A stretch of DNA of 64,000 nucleotides from Coleofasciculus sp. B1-GNL1-01 (GTDB lineage Bacteria; Cyanobacteriota; Cyanobacteriia; Cyanobacteriales; Coleofasciculaceae), in NCBI GenBank assembly GCA_040220235.1, contig JAVJTO010000051.1, one strand, 5' to 3'. Both the position numbers and the translations under genes were made by a program. The notes below the pieces were generated by a model. That model made no database searches, was not told the DNA's origin, and saw nothing but the letters and a program-made list of their open reading frames with translations. Shown in pieces: positions 1 to 11,983 of this stretch. Every line of letters begins with the position of its first letter. Within the stretch, counting starts at the first letter, position 1.

Positions 1-266
1 CTGGCGTGACCCAGCTAAAATTGTGGGATAGGTTGTAGGTTGGGTTGACGCCAGGAAACCCAACGGAATCTAGGGCTGAGGTTCCCTTACTAAAAGCCGA
101 ATTTAAGTCATCAAATAAGGTGTGCCACGCCACTACAGGGTTTTGGTGATTTGCTCTCAAAGGGGTAGTTAACCCGGATTTGGTATAATCTCATACCCAC
201 GCCCAAAAACAGTAGGGGCGCACCGACGTGCGCCCGATTTATCGCAGAAGCCAAAGAATGTTCTGA

Positions 267-1760
267 TTAAACCTTCGCTTCTTCTAGCATCAACTTAGAC
301 CGTTTTAGCCTTTCCGGAACTGGAATCGGATAATCCCCAGTAAAACACGCCGAACAGAACGTATTCGCATTATCTTGAGTCGCCAGCATCATGCCTTCCC
401 AACTCACATACGCCAGAGAATCCACGCCAATTTGTTCAGCAATTTCCTCAACCGACTTGGTTGCCGCAATAAGCTGGTCTTGAGAATCAGTATCAATCCC
501 ATAGAAACAGGGATGAGTCACAGGGGGTGCAGACACCCGCATGTGAACCTCACTCGCCCCGGCATCCCGTAACGCTTTGACAATCTTCCGACTCGTGGTT
601 CCCCGGACAATGGAATCGTCCACAATAATCACTCGCTTACCCGTAAGCACATCTTTCAGCGGATTCAGTTTCATCCGAATCCCCGACTCTCGCATACTCT
701 GCGTCGGTTGGATAAACGTGCGCCCCACATAGCGATTTTTAATCAATCCTTCCGCGTAGGGAATTCCCGACTCTTGGGAAAAGCCGATCGCGGCGGGAAC
801 CCCTGAATCCGGCACCGCAATCACAATATCAGCGTCAGTCGCCGCTTCTTTTGCCAATTGACGCCCTAAGCGTAGCCGATAGCTGTAGATGGTTTCATCC
901 TGCATCACGCTATCCGGGCGGGCAAAATAAATCATTTCAAAAATACACAGCTTCCGTTGGGGTTTTTGACTCCAGTGGAAGGATGCCATCCCCTCATCGG
1001 TAATCCAAACCATTTCTCCCGGTTCGACATCCCGCAGGTATTCTGCGCCAATAATATCTAACCCACAGGTTTCTGAGGCGAGGACATAACGCATCGGATT
1101 CGTGCCTAAGGTACCAATCACCAAGGGACGAACGCCATGGGGATCACGCACCCCCATCACTCCTTCCGGCGTGCCAATCACCAAACTATAGGCACCTTCA
1201 CAGAGGTTAAACGCACTAATCGCCGCCTCTAACCAATCCTTACCTTGATCCACTTCCGCACCGATCGCGATCGCAATCATCTCGGAATCCGTTGTGGTCA
1301 AAAATTCATCATAGTTACGGTTCTCTAAATGGGTTCGCAACGCTGAGGCATTGACTAAATTGCCATTATGTGCTAGAGCAAAAGACCCTAAGCGAGTCTG
1401 AACCACAGCAGGTTGGGCGTTAACCACTCGACTTGACCCGGTTGTCGAGTAACGGGTATGACCTACCGCCATAGTCCCCGGTAGCCGTTGCAAAATTTCT
1501 TCGTTAAAGACTTGGGAAACAAGTCCCATATTCTTATAGAGATGCACCTGTTCTCCCTCAAAGGTGGCAATCCCCGCTGATTCTTGACCCCGATGTTGCA
1601 GGGCAAACAGACCGAAGTATGTTAGCTTGGCGACATCTTCTTCTGGCGCATAGATACCAAAAACCCCGCAAGCTTCTTCAGGTTTGTCGGGGCGCTGGCT
1701 AACAATCTGATCAGATTGAGCAGAATTGGGGATAGAGGAGTGGGGTGGCTGGAGAATCAT
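267..1760 (-). CDS. purF: Amidophosphoribosyltransferase
   Basis: Propeptide-Cys motif EEACGVFG, QHRGQESAGI, GHTRYST, PRPP-binding VDDSIVRGTTS, CSACF Fe-S motif; next to purL. Confidence 0.97.
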   Translation of the reverse strand: MILQPPHSSIPNSAQSDQIVSQRPDKPEEACGVFGIYAPEEDVAKLTYFGLFALQHRGQESAGIATFEGEQVHLYKNMGLVSQVFNEEILQRLPGTMAVGHTRYSTTGSSRVVNAQPAVVQTRLGSFALAHNGNLVNASALRTHLENRNYDEFLTTTDSEMIAIAIGAEVDQGKDWLEAAISAFNLCEGAYSLVIGTPEGVMGVRDPHGVRPLVIGTLGTNPMRYVLASETCGLDIIGAEYLRDVEPGEMVWITDEGMASFHWSQKPQRKLCIFEMIYFARPDSVMQDETIYSYRLRLGRQLAKEAATDADIVIAVPDSGVPAAIGFSQESGIPYAEGLIKNRYVGRTFIQPTQSMRESGIRMKLNPLKDVLTGKRVIIVDDSIVRGTTSRKIVKALRDAGASEVHMRVSAPPVTHPCFYGIDTDSQDQLIAATKSVEEIAEQIGVDSLAYVSWEGMMLATQDNANTFCSACFTGDYPIPVPERLKRSKLMLEEAKV

Positions 1761-1928
1761 GGGTATTATTAGCTTACTCCTGATAGTGGCAGTCAGTTCG
1801 ACTTGTATTAACGCAAATCAATCGGGAATCGTTAAGTTTAATTAACGATTCCTTAACGATACCATTAATTTGTAAGTCATGGATCATGCGTCATTAGTCC
1901 TTCATCAGCCGTGACTGCCTCAACACGG

Positions 1929-4271
1929 CTACAAGCGACGTTCTAGGGCGTTAAAGAAGCGATCGCTCATATCTGCGATCGTAGCGTTGATTAAGGGAGG
2001 ATGATCATTCATTAAAATTTTTAATCCTTCCGAGAGAGATTTAACCCTCCCCAACCGTTGCCAATCCTGGGTCGATTCCCCTAGAGACTCCCGCAGGTAA
2101 GCCTCCCAATCCCCTTGGGCTTCCGGCTTCACCGACACCAGAATCCGACTGGCGCTTTCACCGAATAAAATTTCATCCCAGCGCCGTTCCCCAGACGCAT
2201 CGCCCAATTCAATCTCAGCCCCCAATCCGCCAGAAATACAACATTCCGCCAGCGCCACAGCTAATCCACCCTCGGCACAGTCATGGGCTGAATTCAGGAA
2301 GCGGCGGCGAATGCCTTCACGACAAGCCGCTTGCACCCGACGTTCTAACTCAAAATCCACAATAGGCGGTTTTCCAGCAACAACGCCATGAATCGCACTC
2401 AAGTATTCTGAACCACCTAGGGTTAACTGCGGTGTGGTTACAGTTAGTGATAATCCCAATAAATAAATTAAATCCCCTTCACCCTGCCATCCTTGAGAAC
2501 AAATCTGACTTAAATCTGGAATCGCCCCCACCATTCCAATCACCGGAGTCGGATAAATCGGTTGGGGATTTCCCTGACTATCCACGGTTTCGTTATACAG
2601 CGAGACATTTCCCCCCGTCACAGGCGTCGCCAATTCTGCACAAGCCTCAGCGATACCCTGACAAGCCGATGCCAGTTGCCAGTATCCTATCGGCTTTTCT
2701 GGTGAACCAAAATTCAGATTATCGGTGACGGCGACAGGTTCTGCCCCTACACAGCTTAAATTACGGGCGGCTTCGGCGACGACTACCTTTGCGCCTTCGT
2801 AGGGGTCAAGATAGATATAGCGAGAATTACAATCTACCGTAGCCGCGACACCGGATTGGGCATTGCGCCCTGATTCCGGGGGACGTAAGCGGATGATTGC
2901 CGCATCTGCACCACCAGGAAGCATGACCGTGTTATTTTGTACCTGATGGTCATACTGACGATAGACCCAGCATTTTGAAGCAATGGTTGGTGTATCCAGG
3001 AGTTGTAGGAGAATATCACTCCAGGATTTAGCCTCACCCGAAACTTCTATCCCCGTACTGGTACAACTCGGTAATGACTCAACCGCCCATTGCCAAGCCT
3101 CTTTTGCATAATCTGGCGCTTCAGTCAACACATCCCGATAATAAATCGGCGTATTATCCGATAACGCCGTAGCTGGGATTTCCGCCGCCACTCCCCCTTG
3201 GAACAGAATCCGTACAATCGGTTCTTCAATCACCGTACCGGCGACAACGGCATGAAGTTCCCAACGGTGGAAAATATCAATTAACTCCTGTTCTCGTCCC
3301 TTATGTGCCACAAACAGCATCCGTTCCTGGGATTCCGAGAGTAAATATTCATAGGGAACCATCCCGGTTTCGCGGACTGGAATTAAATCTAAATCCAATT
3401 CAATTCCCACACCCCCCTTTGCCGCCATTTCCGAGGTGGAACAAGTAATCCCCGCCGCCCCCATATCCTGTGCCGCGACAACTGCACCAGTTTTAAAGGC
3501 TTCTAGACAGGCTTCAATCAGGCATTTTTCTAAGAAGGGGTCGCCTACTTGCACTGCTGGGCGGTCATCCATGGATTTATCGGTCAGTTCTGCACTAGCA
3601 AAACTCGCACCCCCCATGCCATCGCGCCCAGTTGTAGACCCCACATACAGCACCGGATTCCCAATTCCTGACGCCCCCGATTTAACAATTTCTGGCGTTT
3701 CCATCAATCCCAGCGCCATCACATTGACCAGGGGATTCCCAGTATAGGCAGGGTCAAAGTACACCTCACCGCCAACCGTAGGGACACCAACAGAGTTACC
3801 ATACCCAGAAATACCCGCCACAACCCCCGAAAATAAGCGCCGGGTGCGGGGATTATCCAGGGAACCGAAACGCAGGGAATTCAAAACCGCAATGGGACGT
3901 GCCCCCATGGTAAAGATATCCCGCAGAATTCCACCAACGCCTGTAGCTGCACCTTGATAGGGTTCTACCGCCGAGGGATGGTTATGGGATTCAATTTTAA
4001 ACGCGAGTTGGAGTCCGTCGCCCAAGTCTACCACACCCGCATTTTCCCCCGGACCAACAAGGATACGTTTCCCGGTGGTGGGGAATTGTTTGAGGAGGGG
4101 GCGGGAGTTCTTGTAGCAACAATGTTCTGACCACATGACGCCGAACATCCCCAGTTCCGCTTTATTGGGGTGACGTCCTAGGCGTTTAACAATTTCCGCG
4201 TATTCGTCCGGCTTGAGTCCTTCAGCGGCGATTTCTTCGGGGGAAAAGGGGGCAGAGGATAGAGTAGACAT
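1929..4271 (-). CDS. purL: Phosphoribosylformylglycinamidine synthase subunit PurL
   Basis: [35 protein letters not shown] motifs; ATG at 4271 (MSTLSS) preferred over the upstream TTG. Confidence 0.97.
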   Translation of the reverse strand: MSTLSSAPFSPEEIAAEGLKPDEYAEIVKRLGRHPNKAELGMFGVMWSEHCCYKNSRPLLKQFPTTGKRILVGPGENAGVVDLGDGLQLAFKIESHNHPSAVEPYQGAATGVGGILRDIFTMGARPIAVLNSLRFGSLDNPRTRRLFSGVVAGISGYGNSVGVPTVGGEVYFDPAYTGNPLVNVMALGLMETPEIVKSGASGIGNPVLYVGSTTGRDGMGGASFASAELTDKSMDDRPAVQVGDPFLEKCLIEACLEAFKTGAVVAAQDMGAAGITCSTSEMAAKGGVGIELDLDLIPVRETGMVPYEYLLSESQERMLFVAHKGREQELIDIFHRWELHAVVAGTVIEEPIVRILFQGGVAAEIPATALSDNTPIYYRDVLTEAPDYAKEAWQWAVESLPSCTSTGIEVSGEAKSWSDILLQLLDTPTIASKCWVYRQYDHQVQNNTVMLPGGADAAIIRLRPPESGRNAQSGVAATVDCNSRYIYLDPYEGAKVVVAEAARNLSCVGAEPVAVTDNLNFGSPEKPIGYWQLASACQGIAEACAELATPVTGGNVSLYNETVDSQGNPQPIYPTPVIGMVGAIPDLSQICSQGWQGEGDLIYLLGLSLTVTTPQLTLGGSEYLSAIHGVVAGKPPIVDFELERRVQAACREGIRRRFLNSAHDCAEGGLAVALAECCISGGLGAEIELGDASGERRWDEILFGESASRILVSVKPEAQGDWEAYLRESLGESTQDWQRLGRVKSLSEGLKILMNDHPPLINATIADMSDRFFNALERRL

Positions 4272-4453
4272 GGAACCCTTGTACAAATGGCACAGGGATA
4301 ATTGTATCGATTAATGGGCGTCTGGCTAGTAATTCTGAATCAGAGACTGTAGGGGCGGGTTTGACTGCTATCCTTTCTTGGTTGACCCTGATGTGACTAA
4401 ACCCGCCCCGATAAACGTCGCTTGGCAAGGAGATAGTTAACACGGATGGATTC

Positions 4454-4553
4454 ACAGCGCCCCACCAGGGCGAGGGATTGGCTGAAACTGGTCATTGAAA
4501 CAGGACTGACAAGTTCCCTCAAAACCATCAATAAACCGCTTCAACATATCAGT
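4454..4553 (-). pseudogene. Diverged copy of the 3' end of the HNH-type gene fragment at 5799-6065
   Basis: cacagcgccccaccagggcgagggattggctgaaactggtcattgaaacagg...aataaaccgcttcaacatatcagt aligns ungapped with about 5800-5899. Confidence 0.75.
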
Positions 4554-4740
4554 TTGTAGGGTGTGTTAGCGAAGCGTAACGCACCTTTACCATCAGTAGT
4601 GTGTGCTTCCACTATTCTAGCTGTGTCAATCCACTACAACAAATCTCATGTTCATAAAAAATAATGGATTGGATAACCGTAATTTGGTGAATCCAACCCA
4701 TTCATAGTTTATCACTAGAAAGCGTGCAAGGTTATTGTTT

Positions 4741-5476
4741 CTATGACTTGGTCGTGTCTTTCTGGCTCTTTTTCGCTGATTTTTTCTTGAGTAATCTACC
4801 CATTCCCAGAGCAGCCACTGAACCCAGAATAGTTGCGGGTTCAGGAACGGGTTCAGCCTCTACTGAAGTTGTGGTAAAACTCGGACCAAAATAACCCGGG
4901 GTTCTTGAGGAGGAAACATTATCCGGTCGAGTCAGACTGGGAACATTGAACGCTTGACGAGCTTCACCAAATACAACGTCAGGACTGGTCGTGATATTCA
5001 CAAAAGAATTCAAAATAGAGGAACTGGTAACAGTAGCATCAAATCCATCTGCAGGGTTGTAGTAACCAATTACATAAGTTGTGTTGGGATTCAGTTGCAG
5101 ATTAGGCACATCAAGAACGCGCCATATTCCTCGGCTATCTGCACTAGCAAGAGTGGGGTTGCTTGTACCTGCTGAAAAAGTTCCTTGTAAGAGCGGAGTA
5201 GTCGAAGTAGTATCCCAAACTCCCACATCATGATTTCCCGAGAACCCATTACTATCTAGATCAAAAAGCAAGAGTTCATCTAGAGCAACAGTATTATTGA
5301 CGGTAAAACTCCAACCTAAAGTTGAATCTAGACTAGCTGTAGCTATCCCCCCCATTAGGATCTACTGCCCCATTAGGATCTACTGCGATTGTTGACGCTT
5401 GAGCAAAATTAGAACAAATGAGATTGAAGGTTAACACTGTTGCCGCTGTGCCTAATACTTTTCCTAAATTATGCAT
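4741..5476 (-). pseudogene. PEP-CTERM exported protein (DUF4082-like), frameshifted in a G7 tract
   Basis: Signal peptide MHNLGKVLGTAATVL...AQA in one frame, mature domain and PVPEPATILG...KKK tail in another; removing one G from 5347-5353 joins the frames. Confidence 0.8.
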
Positions 5477-5798
5477 TTTATTTGCCTCTGATTTTTGGTT
5501 GTTTTGGCTGTTAAACATAAGCATAACAGGATTTTTGGTGGCTGAAAGGATAAAGCAATAACTTTACATTATTTTTACAAGAATCTGCTTTTTTTTTAAG
5601 ATTTGATGAAGTTGGGAAAAAGGGGTGGGTATTTCAGTAGTGCCACACCGCTATCGTGGGGAGAGCGAAGCGTAACGCACCTTTACCATCAGTAGTGTGT
5701 CCTCCAGCATTGTAAGCTGTTCTATGCCAGTAGTAAGGGAACCTTAGCTCTATATTGTTGGGTTTCCTGTCGTCAACCCAACCTACAACCTGCACGAT

Positions 5799-6065
5799 TT
5801 ACAGCGCCCCACCTGGGCGAGGAATTGGTTGAAACTGGTCATTAAAACAGGTTTTACAAGTTCCCGGAAAAGCATGAATAAACCGCTTTAACATATCAGT
5901 ATCTTCGACGAATACAGTCATCCACACCGACCAAAATCCTCTTGTCTTAGCCGTTTCTACAATCTGTTCTCGCATGAACGATGTATCGTTCTTTTTCAGA
6001 TTATTCAATGACCGTTCAGCAATATCCCAAGCTTTTTGGCGATTAAGCCAGCGTCGGTCTTTCAT
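5799..6065 (-). pseudogene. C-terminal fragment of an HNH endonuclease (type usually paired with an AAA ATPase, Septu PtuB-like)
   Basis: DRRWLNRQKAW...GFWSVWMTVF...FPGT resembles the C-terminus of that family as recalled; no HNH core upstream. Confidence 0.5.
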
Positions 6066-6509
6066 GGCTGGAAGGTCTTGTTCCCTTTTGTACTACATTT
6101 TGAAGTGGACAATTTGGGCTTGAATATCTGCGGAATGGGAATGTCGATTATATATATAGCAACCGCCATAGCGGTTAGGACACATCATTTATGTTCCAGA
6201 CGCGCCATGGCGCGTCTCTACAATGGTGCTTAGCGAGCAAGATGCTCGCACTACAAGGATTTCACAATTCTTGCCAAACCTCTAAAGGATGGTTTGTAAT
6301 CTGGGATAGCGTAGATTCTTTTACTGAAAAATAATACGGTCTACCACCCGCACAACCAATCTATTCTGACCAACTCAATCGCATTTGATTGAAGCCTTAG
6401 TCCCAAACTGGCGGATTGCTTTGTTTTGAGTACCTGCTACTTTTTCCACTTACCTGTTCACCCCAACCTACAAATGGGATCAAATGTGAAATTCTAGATA
6501 GTTGCAGCG

Positions 6510-7322
6510 ATGAAAGATACTGAATGCGTTCGCTTATTACAGTGGGCTTTACCTCAATTAAACCTACGTTGGGCGGGGTTTCGTAAGGTGCGAAAGCAAG
6601 CCTGTAAACGAATCCAACAGCGTATTTTTGAACTTGGACTATCCGATAGTGACGCCTATCAATCTTACCTAAATACCCATCCGGAAGAATGGACAATATT
6701 AGATTGCTACTGTCGAATTACGATTTCCCGATTTTATCGCGATCAACAAATTTTCCAACCGTTACATCAAGAACTATTTCCCCAACTTATCCAACTTGCC
6801 CAAGAACGAGGTGACACAGAATTTGTCTGCTGGAGTGCTGGCTGTGCATCGGGAGAAGAAGCATATACTCTTTCTATTCTCTGGCATTTAGCTAAATTCT
6901 CTCAAATTTATAACCTTTCACTGCGAATTGTTGCGACTGACGCCAATGGCTATCTGTTGGAGAGGGCAAGAATGGGTTGTTATCAATGGGGAAGTTTAAA
7001 AGAACTTCCGTCTGACTGGTTGGCACAGGCTTTCACTAAATCTGATGAATTTTATTGTATTCGTCCTGAGTTTCGTGAAGGAATTGAGTTTAAACAACAG
7101 GATATTCGTACCACTATGCCTTCGGAGTCATTTAATATGATATTGTGTCGAAATCTAGTCTTAACCTATTTCGATGCAGACTTACAACAAAAGGTGTTAT
7201 CACAGATGCTCAAGCGATTGCTTCCTAGAGGCGTATTTGTTGTTGGCAGCCATGAATCTTTACCTGAAAATTTTCGGCAGATGCAAGCTATTCGGCTAGG
7301 ACTTTATCGAAAAGAACACTAA
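6510..7322 (+). CDS. cheR: CheR-type SAM-dependent methyltransferase
   Basis: ISRFYRD, WSAGCASGEEAY, ATD, ILCRNLV, GSHESL motifs; no other che genes adjacent. Confidence 0.85.
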   Translation: MKDTECVRLLQWALPQLNLRWAGFRKVRKQACKRIQQRIFELGLSDSDAYQSYLNTHPEEWTILDCYCRITISRFYRDQQIFQPLHQELFPQLIQLAQERGDTEFVCWSAGCASGEEAYTLSILWHLAKFSQIYNLSLRIVATDANGYLLERARMGCYQWGSLKELPSDWLAQAFTKSDEFYCIRPEFREGIEFKQQDIRTTMPSESFNMILCRNLVLTYFDADLQQKVLSQMLKRLLPRGVFVVGSHESLPENFRQMQAIRLGLYRKEH

Positions 7323-8113
7323 TTTGGGTTAGGATTGACGATTGATGGTTGACGGTGGCTAAGTCACTGGGATTTCTCAAAAGACGTTAACCAACACAAG
7401 CGCTGGCTTTTAAAGGCTGATGAGAGGCTAATGAACGGGGGATTAAGCCCGCAAAGGATAACTCCCCTTGTTGTTTGATTTGAGTATTTTGAGAATTGTT
7501 CTTGGCAATAATAAATTCGAGAATTGACTGGGCTTGTTGGGGATCGTGTAGGTAGTAGATCGCCTGAGATTTAGGCGAGAGCCAGATTTGCAGCTTCCAG
7601 GGCTTAGATGCAGATACAGAGTTAGGTTCGAGGGAAAAGGTAATCATTATCGGCTGGTGTCCTGATTTCAAGGGAGTAAAGTAAATAGATGGAGAACCTG
7701 AAAGTTGAGAGAAAGAAATGCTTTCTTGATTCCCACTTATAACTTTACCGGATTTTCCTACTCTTTAGAGAGAGTTAAATCATACCGAAGTTTTGATTGT
7801 AATCCGCCCTGGGGGTGAGCTACGTAATATAAATTTGCTGAAATCGATCAACTTAATAACGTGATTGAAGTCACAAGCATGGTGGCGCAAAACTCATTCT
7901 TTGGCTGGAGAAAAACTGCCGAGCTGCCATTATTTAGGAGTCATTTGTTATTCGCTCTTTCTCCAGTGAGTCTATTATTGATCAGAAAATGTTGTTTTTG
8001 TCAATCCCACCGAATGCATAGGTAGTCTCAAATATGACCCTATCGGTGCGTTCTGTTGGGAAGCGCCAATACTATTACAATAAGTTAAGCAAGTATAATC
8101 TGAGTTTAAACTT

Positions 8114-8995
8114 ATGGTAAGTAGCCAAGACACGCTTTGGGAGCGATTCTTACAACCCATTGTTGGCGTATTCATCGATCAAGAGAAACTGCGCCAGCTT
8201 TATGAGAGCATTGACTGGCAACGAGAGAGCGATCGCCTTTCTACACCTGACTTAGTTTACCCGGATTACTACAAGAGTCAGAACTTCCACGGGATTGAAG
8301 GGGGTTACTTGAATGGTGGTGCAGCAACCAGCTATGATCCGATTACCCAATACGCTTTACCTCCCAACGAAACCTGGGTACGCCAGGAGTTAATCGATCG
8401 CATCCAGGGAACACCGCGACGGATTCTGGATTTAGGCTGCGGTACGGGTTCAACTACCCTGCTGTTAAAACAGGCATTTCCTGAAGCTGAGGTAATCGGT
8501 TTGGATTTATCCCCTTATATGTTAGTCATGGCAGAGCGCAAAGCTGAAGCCTCTGGGATAGACATTCAATGGCGTCATGGTAAAGCGGAAGAGACAGGCT
8601 TACCAGAAGCGTCTTTTGACCTAGTGACAGCTTCCTTATTATTCCACGAAACCCCCCCAGCCGTGGCGAAGTCGATTTTGCGGGAAAGCTTCCGACTCCT
8701 CAAGGGAGGTGGACAAGTTCTGATCTTAGATGGTAACCAGCGAACCTTGCGTCAAGTAAACTGGTTAACGGAGGTGTTTGAAGAACCCTATATTCAAGAT
8801 TACGCCACCGATAGCGTAGACGCCTGGATGGGTTCGGCTGGGTTTGAAGCGGTGCAGACTCAAGACGTGTGGTGGCTGAATCAGGTTACCCAAGGCATGA
8901 AACCTCTCCCCGTAGACGGACAAGTGTACCAACGGACTCAACGCCGCACAATCGACGACTTAGGTTCCCAAGGTATTTTAGCTCCAGCATATTGA
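8114..8995 (+). CDS. Class I SAM-dependent methyltransferase
   Basis: ILDLGCGTGS, GLDLSPYML, FDLVTASLLFHE. Confidence 0.9.
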   Translation: MVSSQDTLWERFLQPIVGVFIDQEKLRQLYESIDWQRESDRLSTPDLVYPDYYKSQNFHGIEGGYLNGGAATSYDPITQYALPPNETWVRQELIDRIQGTPRRILDLGCGTGSTTLLLKQAFPEAEVIGLDLSPYMLVMAERKAEASGIDIQWRHGKAEETGLPEASFDLVTASLLFHETPPAVAKSILRESFRLLKGGGQVLILDGNQRTLRQVNWLTEVFEEPYIQDYATDSVDAWMGSAGFEAVQTQDVWWLNQVTQGMKPLPVDGQVYQRTQRRTIDDLGSQGILAPAY

Positions 8996-9005
8996 AGAAT
9001 GTGGT

Positions 9006-9713
9006 ATGAGTTTAAAGGCAGTTCTGTTTGATTTCAACGGCGTGATTATCAACGATGAGTCGATTCACCAGCAACTCATCGAAGACATTCTGCTGGGTGA
9101 AAATCTGCGTCCCTCGGCGGCGGATTACTGGGAGGATTGTTTAGGGCGTAGCGATCGCGCTTGCTTAAAAGTGTTATTGGAGAAACGAGGTCGGGTACTG
9201 AGTGAGGAGGAATTAACCCGTTTAATCACCAAAAAAGCCAACGCCTACCGTCGTCAACTGAAAACTCTATCTAAATTACCGATATATCCGGGAGTCGAAG
9301 ATTTAATTTACAAAATCCGCGTGGCTCAACTCCCCATGGGGGTGGTGAGTGGGGCGTTGCGATCAGAAGTTGAGTTAGTCTTGGATCGAGCTGAATTATT
9401 GCAATATTTTCCGGTTATTGTGGCAGGTGATGACATTAAAGTGAGTAAACCGGAACCGGATGGCTATCTGTTAGCAGTGGAACGCCTCAATCAGCAGTTT
9501 CCACAACTTAATGCCAAATCCTCTGATTGTCTCGCCATTGAAGACACCCCGGCGGGTATTGAAGCGGCAAAACGAGCCGGGATGCAAGTCGTCGGCGTTG
9601 CTAATACCTATCCCTTCCACATGCTTCAGCGTCAAGCCGACTGGACGGTTGATTACCTGCATCAGCTTGAACTTGAGCGCGTGCAGGAAGTCTACGCTCA
9701 GGTTGTGGGTTAG
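9006..9713 (+). CDS. HAD family phosphatase/hydrolase
   Basis: FDFNGVI motif I, KPEPD, AIEDTPAGIEAA. Confidence 0.92.
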   Translation: MSLKAVLFDFNGVIINDESIHQQLIEDILLGENLRPSAADYWEDCLGRSDRACLKVLLEKRGRVLSEEELTRLITKKANAYRRQLKTLSKLPIYPGVEDLIYKIRVAQLPMGVVSGALRSEVELVLDRAELLQYFPVIVAGDDIKVSKPEPDGYLLAVERLNQQFPQLNAKSSDCLAIEDTPAGIEAAKRAGMQVVGVANTYPFHMLQRQADWTVDYLHQLELERVQEVYAQVVG

Positions 9714-9775
9714 ATAGCGTAGCCGTGCGATTTGCAGCAACGGTGGAACAATCAAATGCACAAGAAGGAGCAATC

Positions 9776-10312
9776 ATGGAACTCGCTACCGCCGCCAATG
9801 CATGGATCAACACAAAGGACTCCAAGAATCCGGAGGTCATAGAGAAAGCTCGCTACATTATTAACCATAACTACTATTGTGTGCTTTCAACCTGTTCACC
9901 TGATGGATTACCTTGGGGTTCTCCCGTGTTCTTTGCTTATGAATACAACCGGGGTTATCACATTTACTGGTGTTCGGCTGTAGATGCAAAGCATTCGCAA
10001 AATCTTTATCATAATTATGGACGAGTCGCTATCACTATATTTGATTCAAGCGTCGCCGAAGGAACAGGTAGTGGCTTATATTTCTATGGTTCAGCGTCTG
10101 AGCTGGATGTAGACCAAATAGAAAGAGTCGTTAAACTGATGGCGAATCGCGCTGGCAAGGAGATTAATCGGACAGTAACGGATTACTTAGATGGGTCACC
10201 TCGTAGGCTTTACCACTTCCAGCCTGATCAAGTGTGGATAACTGGAGAAAGGCTTCCCGTGGGTAATCAGTTAGTTGACACAAAAATCCAAATTAGTTTG
10301 TCTGAGTTTTGA
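9776..10312 (+). CDS. Pyridoxamine 5'-phosphate oxidase-like FMN-binding protein
   Basis: LSTCSPDGLPWGSPV, KHSQNL, RVAITIFD; AAGGAG SD precedes ATG 9776. Confidence 0.8.
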   Translation: MELATAANAWINTKDSKNPEVIEKARYIINHNYYCVLSTCSPDGLPWGSPVFFAYEYNRGYHIYWCSAVDAKHSQNLYHNYGRVAITIFDSSVAEGTGSGLYFYGSASELDVDQIERVVKLMANRAGKEINRTVTDYLDGSPRRLYHFQPDQVWITGERLPVGNQLVDTKIQISLSEF

Positions 10313-10436
10313 TATAAGTAGGTGGACACAATAAAAGCTAACGGTGGAGAACTCGCTTCCCTTGAGAAGCAAGCTACGTCCTTTGTCAGGGTTTATCGCT
10401 CAGGTGAGCCGCTACAGTATGCTAGACTAGGAGTCT

Positions 10437-10509
10437 GGGGAATTAGCTCAGTTGGTAGAGCGCTGCGATCGCACCGCAGAGGTCACCGGTTCAAATCCGG
10501 TATTCTCCA
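10437..10509 (+). tRNA. tRNA-Ala(CGC)
   Basis: GGGGAAT/ATTCTCC acceptor stem with G3:U70, D arm AGCTCAGTTGGTAGAGC, anticodon arm CTGCG-ATCGCAC-CGCAG, T loop GGTTCAAATCC. Confidence 0.96.
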
Positions 10510-10513
10510 TTTT

Positions 10514-10570
10514 TGTCAATTGCCACATTATTTGTCATCGTTGTTTGATTAGTGTCATCTTGACAAATTG
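10514..10570 (+). mobile_element. Tn7-like / type V-K CAST-like transposon left end
   Basis: Starts TGT 4 nt after the tRNA; tandem TnsB-site-like units (tgccacattatttgtca, tgtttgattagtgtca, tgacaaatt) resembling cyanobacterial CAST ends as recalled; tnsB remnant at the far side of the island. Confidence 0.7.
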
Positions 10571-10766
10571 AATTAACTGGCATCTGTGGTTAGATCGAAT
10601 TCATGCAAAACTTCAGTGAAAGTTGTAGGCGCGTTGGTTGCCCGATCAAAAGCCGATACCGTTGGAGTAAAATACTCAATGGAAGAGTTGCAGATCGGTG
10701 GCGATGATGGTCGTTTGCATCCCAATCCGCGAGAATTGAAATTCTGAGAGATTTAGCGTTAAAGCT

Positions 10767-11756
10767 ATGAATGCAGTCGAAATCGAAGAAGCTGTTTCCC
10801 AACTCGCCGAAGCTCCCTTTGACTCAGAGGAGTTTCCCTTTGCCTTCCTTATAAATCCCTACTTAATCACAGGAGTAAACACAATAATTCAGCCTATTTC
10901 AAAACCCATATCTTCTGTGGATGAGATGAGTTTCGGTAATATGCCGAATGAAGGTGGTTTTTTACTACTGGATCAGATTGAAGCAGAGAATGCCACCAAA
11001 AAGCATCAAGTAAAGTCCCACTTTATACGACACTTTATAGGTTCTCAAGAATTTATTAAGGGTCAGCAACGTCGTTGTATTTGGATCAATGATGACGAAT
11101 ATCCTGAAGCTAAACATAATGCTTGGTTAAGCGACAGGTTTGAATCCGTTCGCATCAAAAGAGAAACTTCCAATCGACAGACAACCAAGCAACTTGCAGA
11201 TACTCCATATCGTTTTGGTGAAGTTCGCCAGCGTGGTGATGAAAGAGTAATTGTAGTTGCTGCCATTAGTTCTGAAAATCGAGACTTTCTTCCCTGTGGA
11301 CTTCTACAACGAGGCACGATTATATCTAACAAATGCTACGCCCTATATGATGCCCCCCTCTGGAACATGGCAATCATCGCCTCGCGCCTCCACTGGGTCT
11401 GGATTGGCACAGTTTGCGTTCGCATGAGAACCGATTTTTCCTACTCCAACACCCTTGGCTGGAATACCTTCCCCGTCCCCACCCTCACTGAAAAAAATAA
11501 AACCGATCTCACCCGTTGCGCTGAAGACATCCTTTTAGCGCGGGAACAGTATTTCCCCGCCACGATTGCGGATATGTACGACCCAGAGCGCATGGACAAA
11601 GAGTTTCCCCTAGTGCGAGAAGCCCACGATCGCAATGATGAAGTATTAGAGCGCATCTACATCGGTCGTCGCTTCAAAAATGACACAGAACGCTTAGAGA
11701 AGCTGTTTGAACTTTATACGAAAATGACCACACCGAAATCTTCCTCAAGGTTGTAG
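10767..11756 (+). pseudogene. MmeI/YeeA-like DNA methyltransferase with large in-frame internal deletion
   Basis: N-terminus MNAVEIEEAVSQLAEAPFDSEEFPFAFL runs directly into the target-recognition/C-terminal region (SSENRDFLP, FSYSNTLGWNTFP, TIADMYDP, ERLEKLFELY); no DPACG or NPPF/Y catalytic motifs. Confidence 0.8.
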
Positions 11757-11793
11757 TATTCGCCCTCATCCCCCAGCCCCTTCTCCCAATCTG

Positions 11794-11952
11794 GATATTG
11801 CTGGCGAATTGGAAAAACCTAACCCCCCAGCCCCCTTCCCTGCGTAGCTTGCTTCCCCGAAGGGGTGGGAAGGGGGAGAATCAAAGCCCCTCCTCGCGTC
11901 GGGGAGGGGTTTGGGGAGGGGTCTGACCCCTCAGTTAATGACCAGCAGTATC
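11794..11952. mobile_element. MITE-like element nested in a REP-like palindrome
   Basis: Imperfect TIRs gatattgctgg / ccagcagtatc flanked by direct repeat aatctg (11788-11793, 11953-11958). Confidence 0.65.
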
Positions 11953-11983
11953 AATCTGAGAGAGGGATTTAGGGTGAGGGAAA

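Noticed and set aside
7387..7671. 94-aa minus-strand ORF
   Set aside because: TTG start and no recognisable motif; cannot support it as a gene
10465..10472. HIP1 in the tRNA-Ala anticodon arm
   Set aside because: Largely dictated by the CGC anticodon and stem; no evidence of extra function
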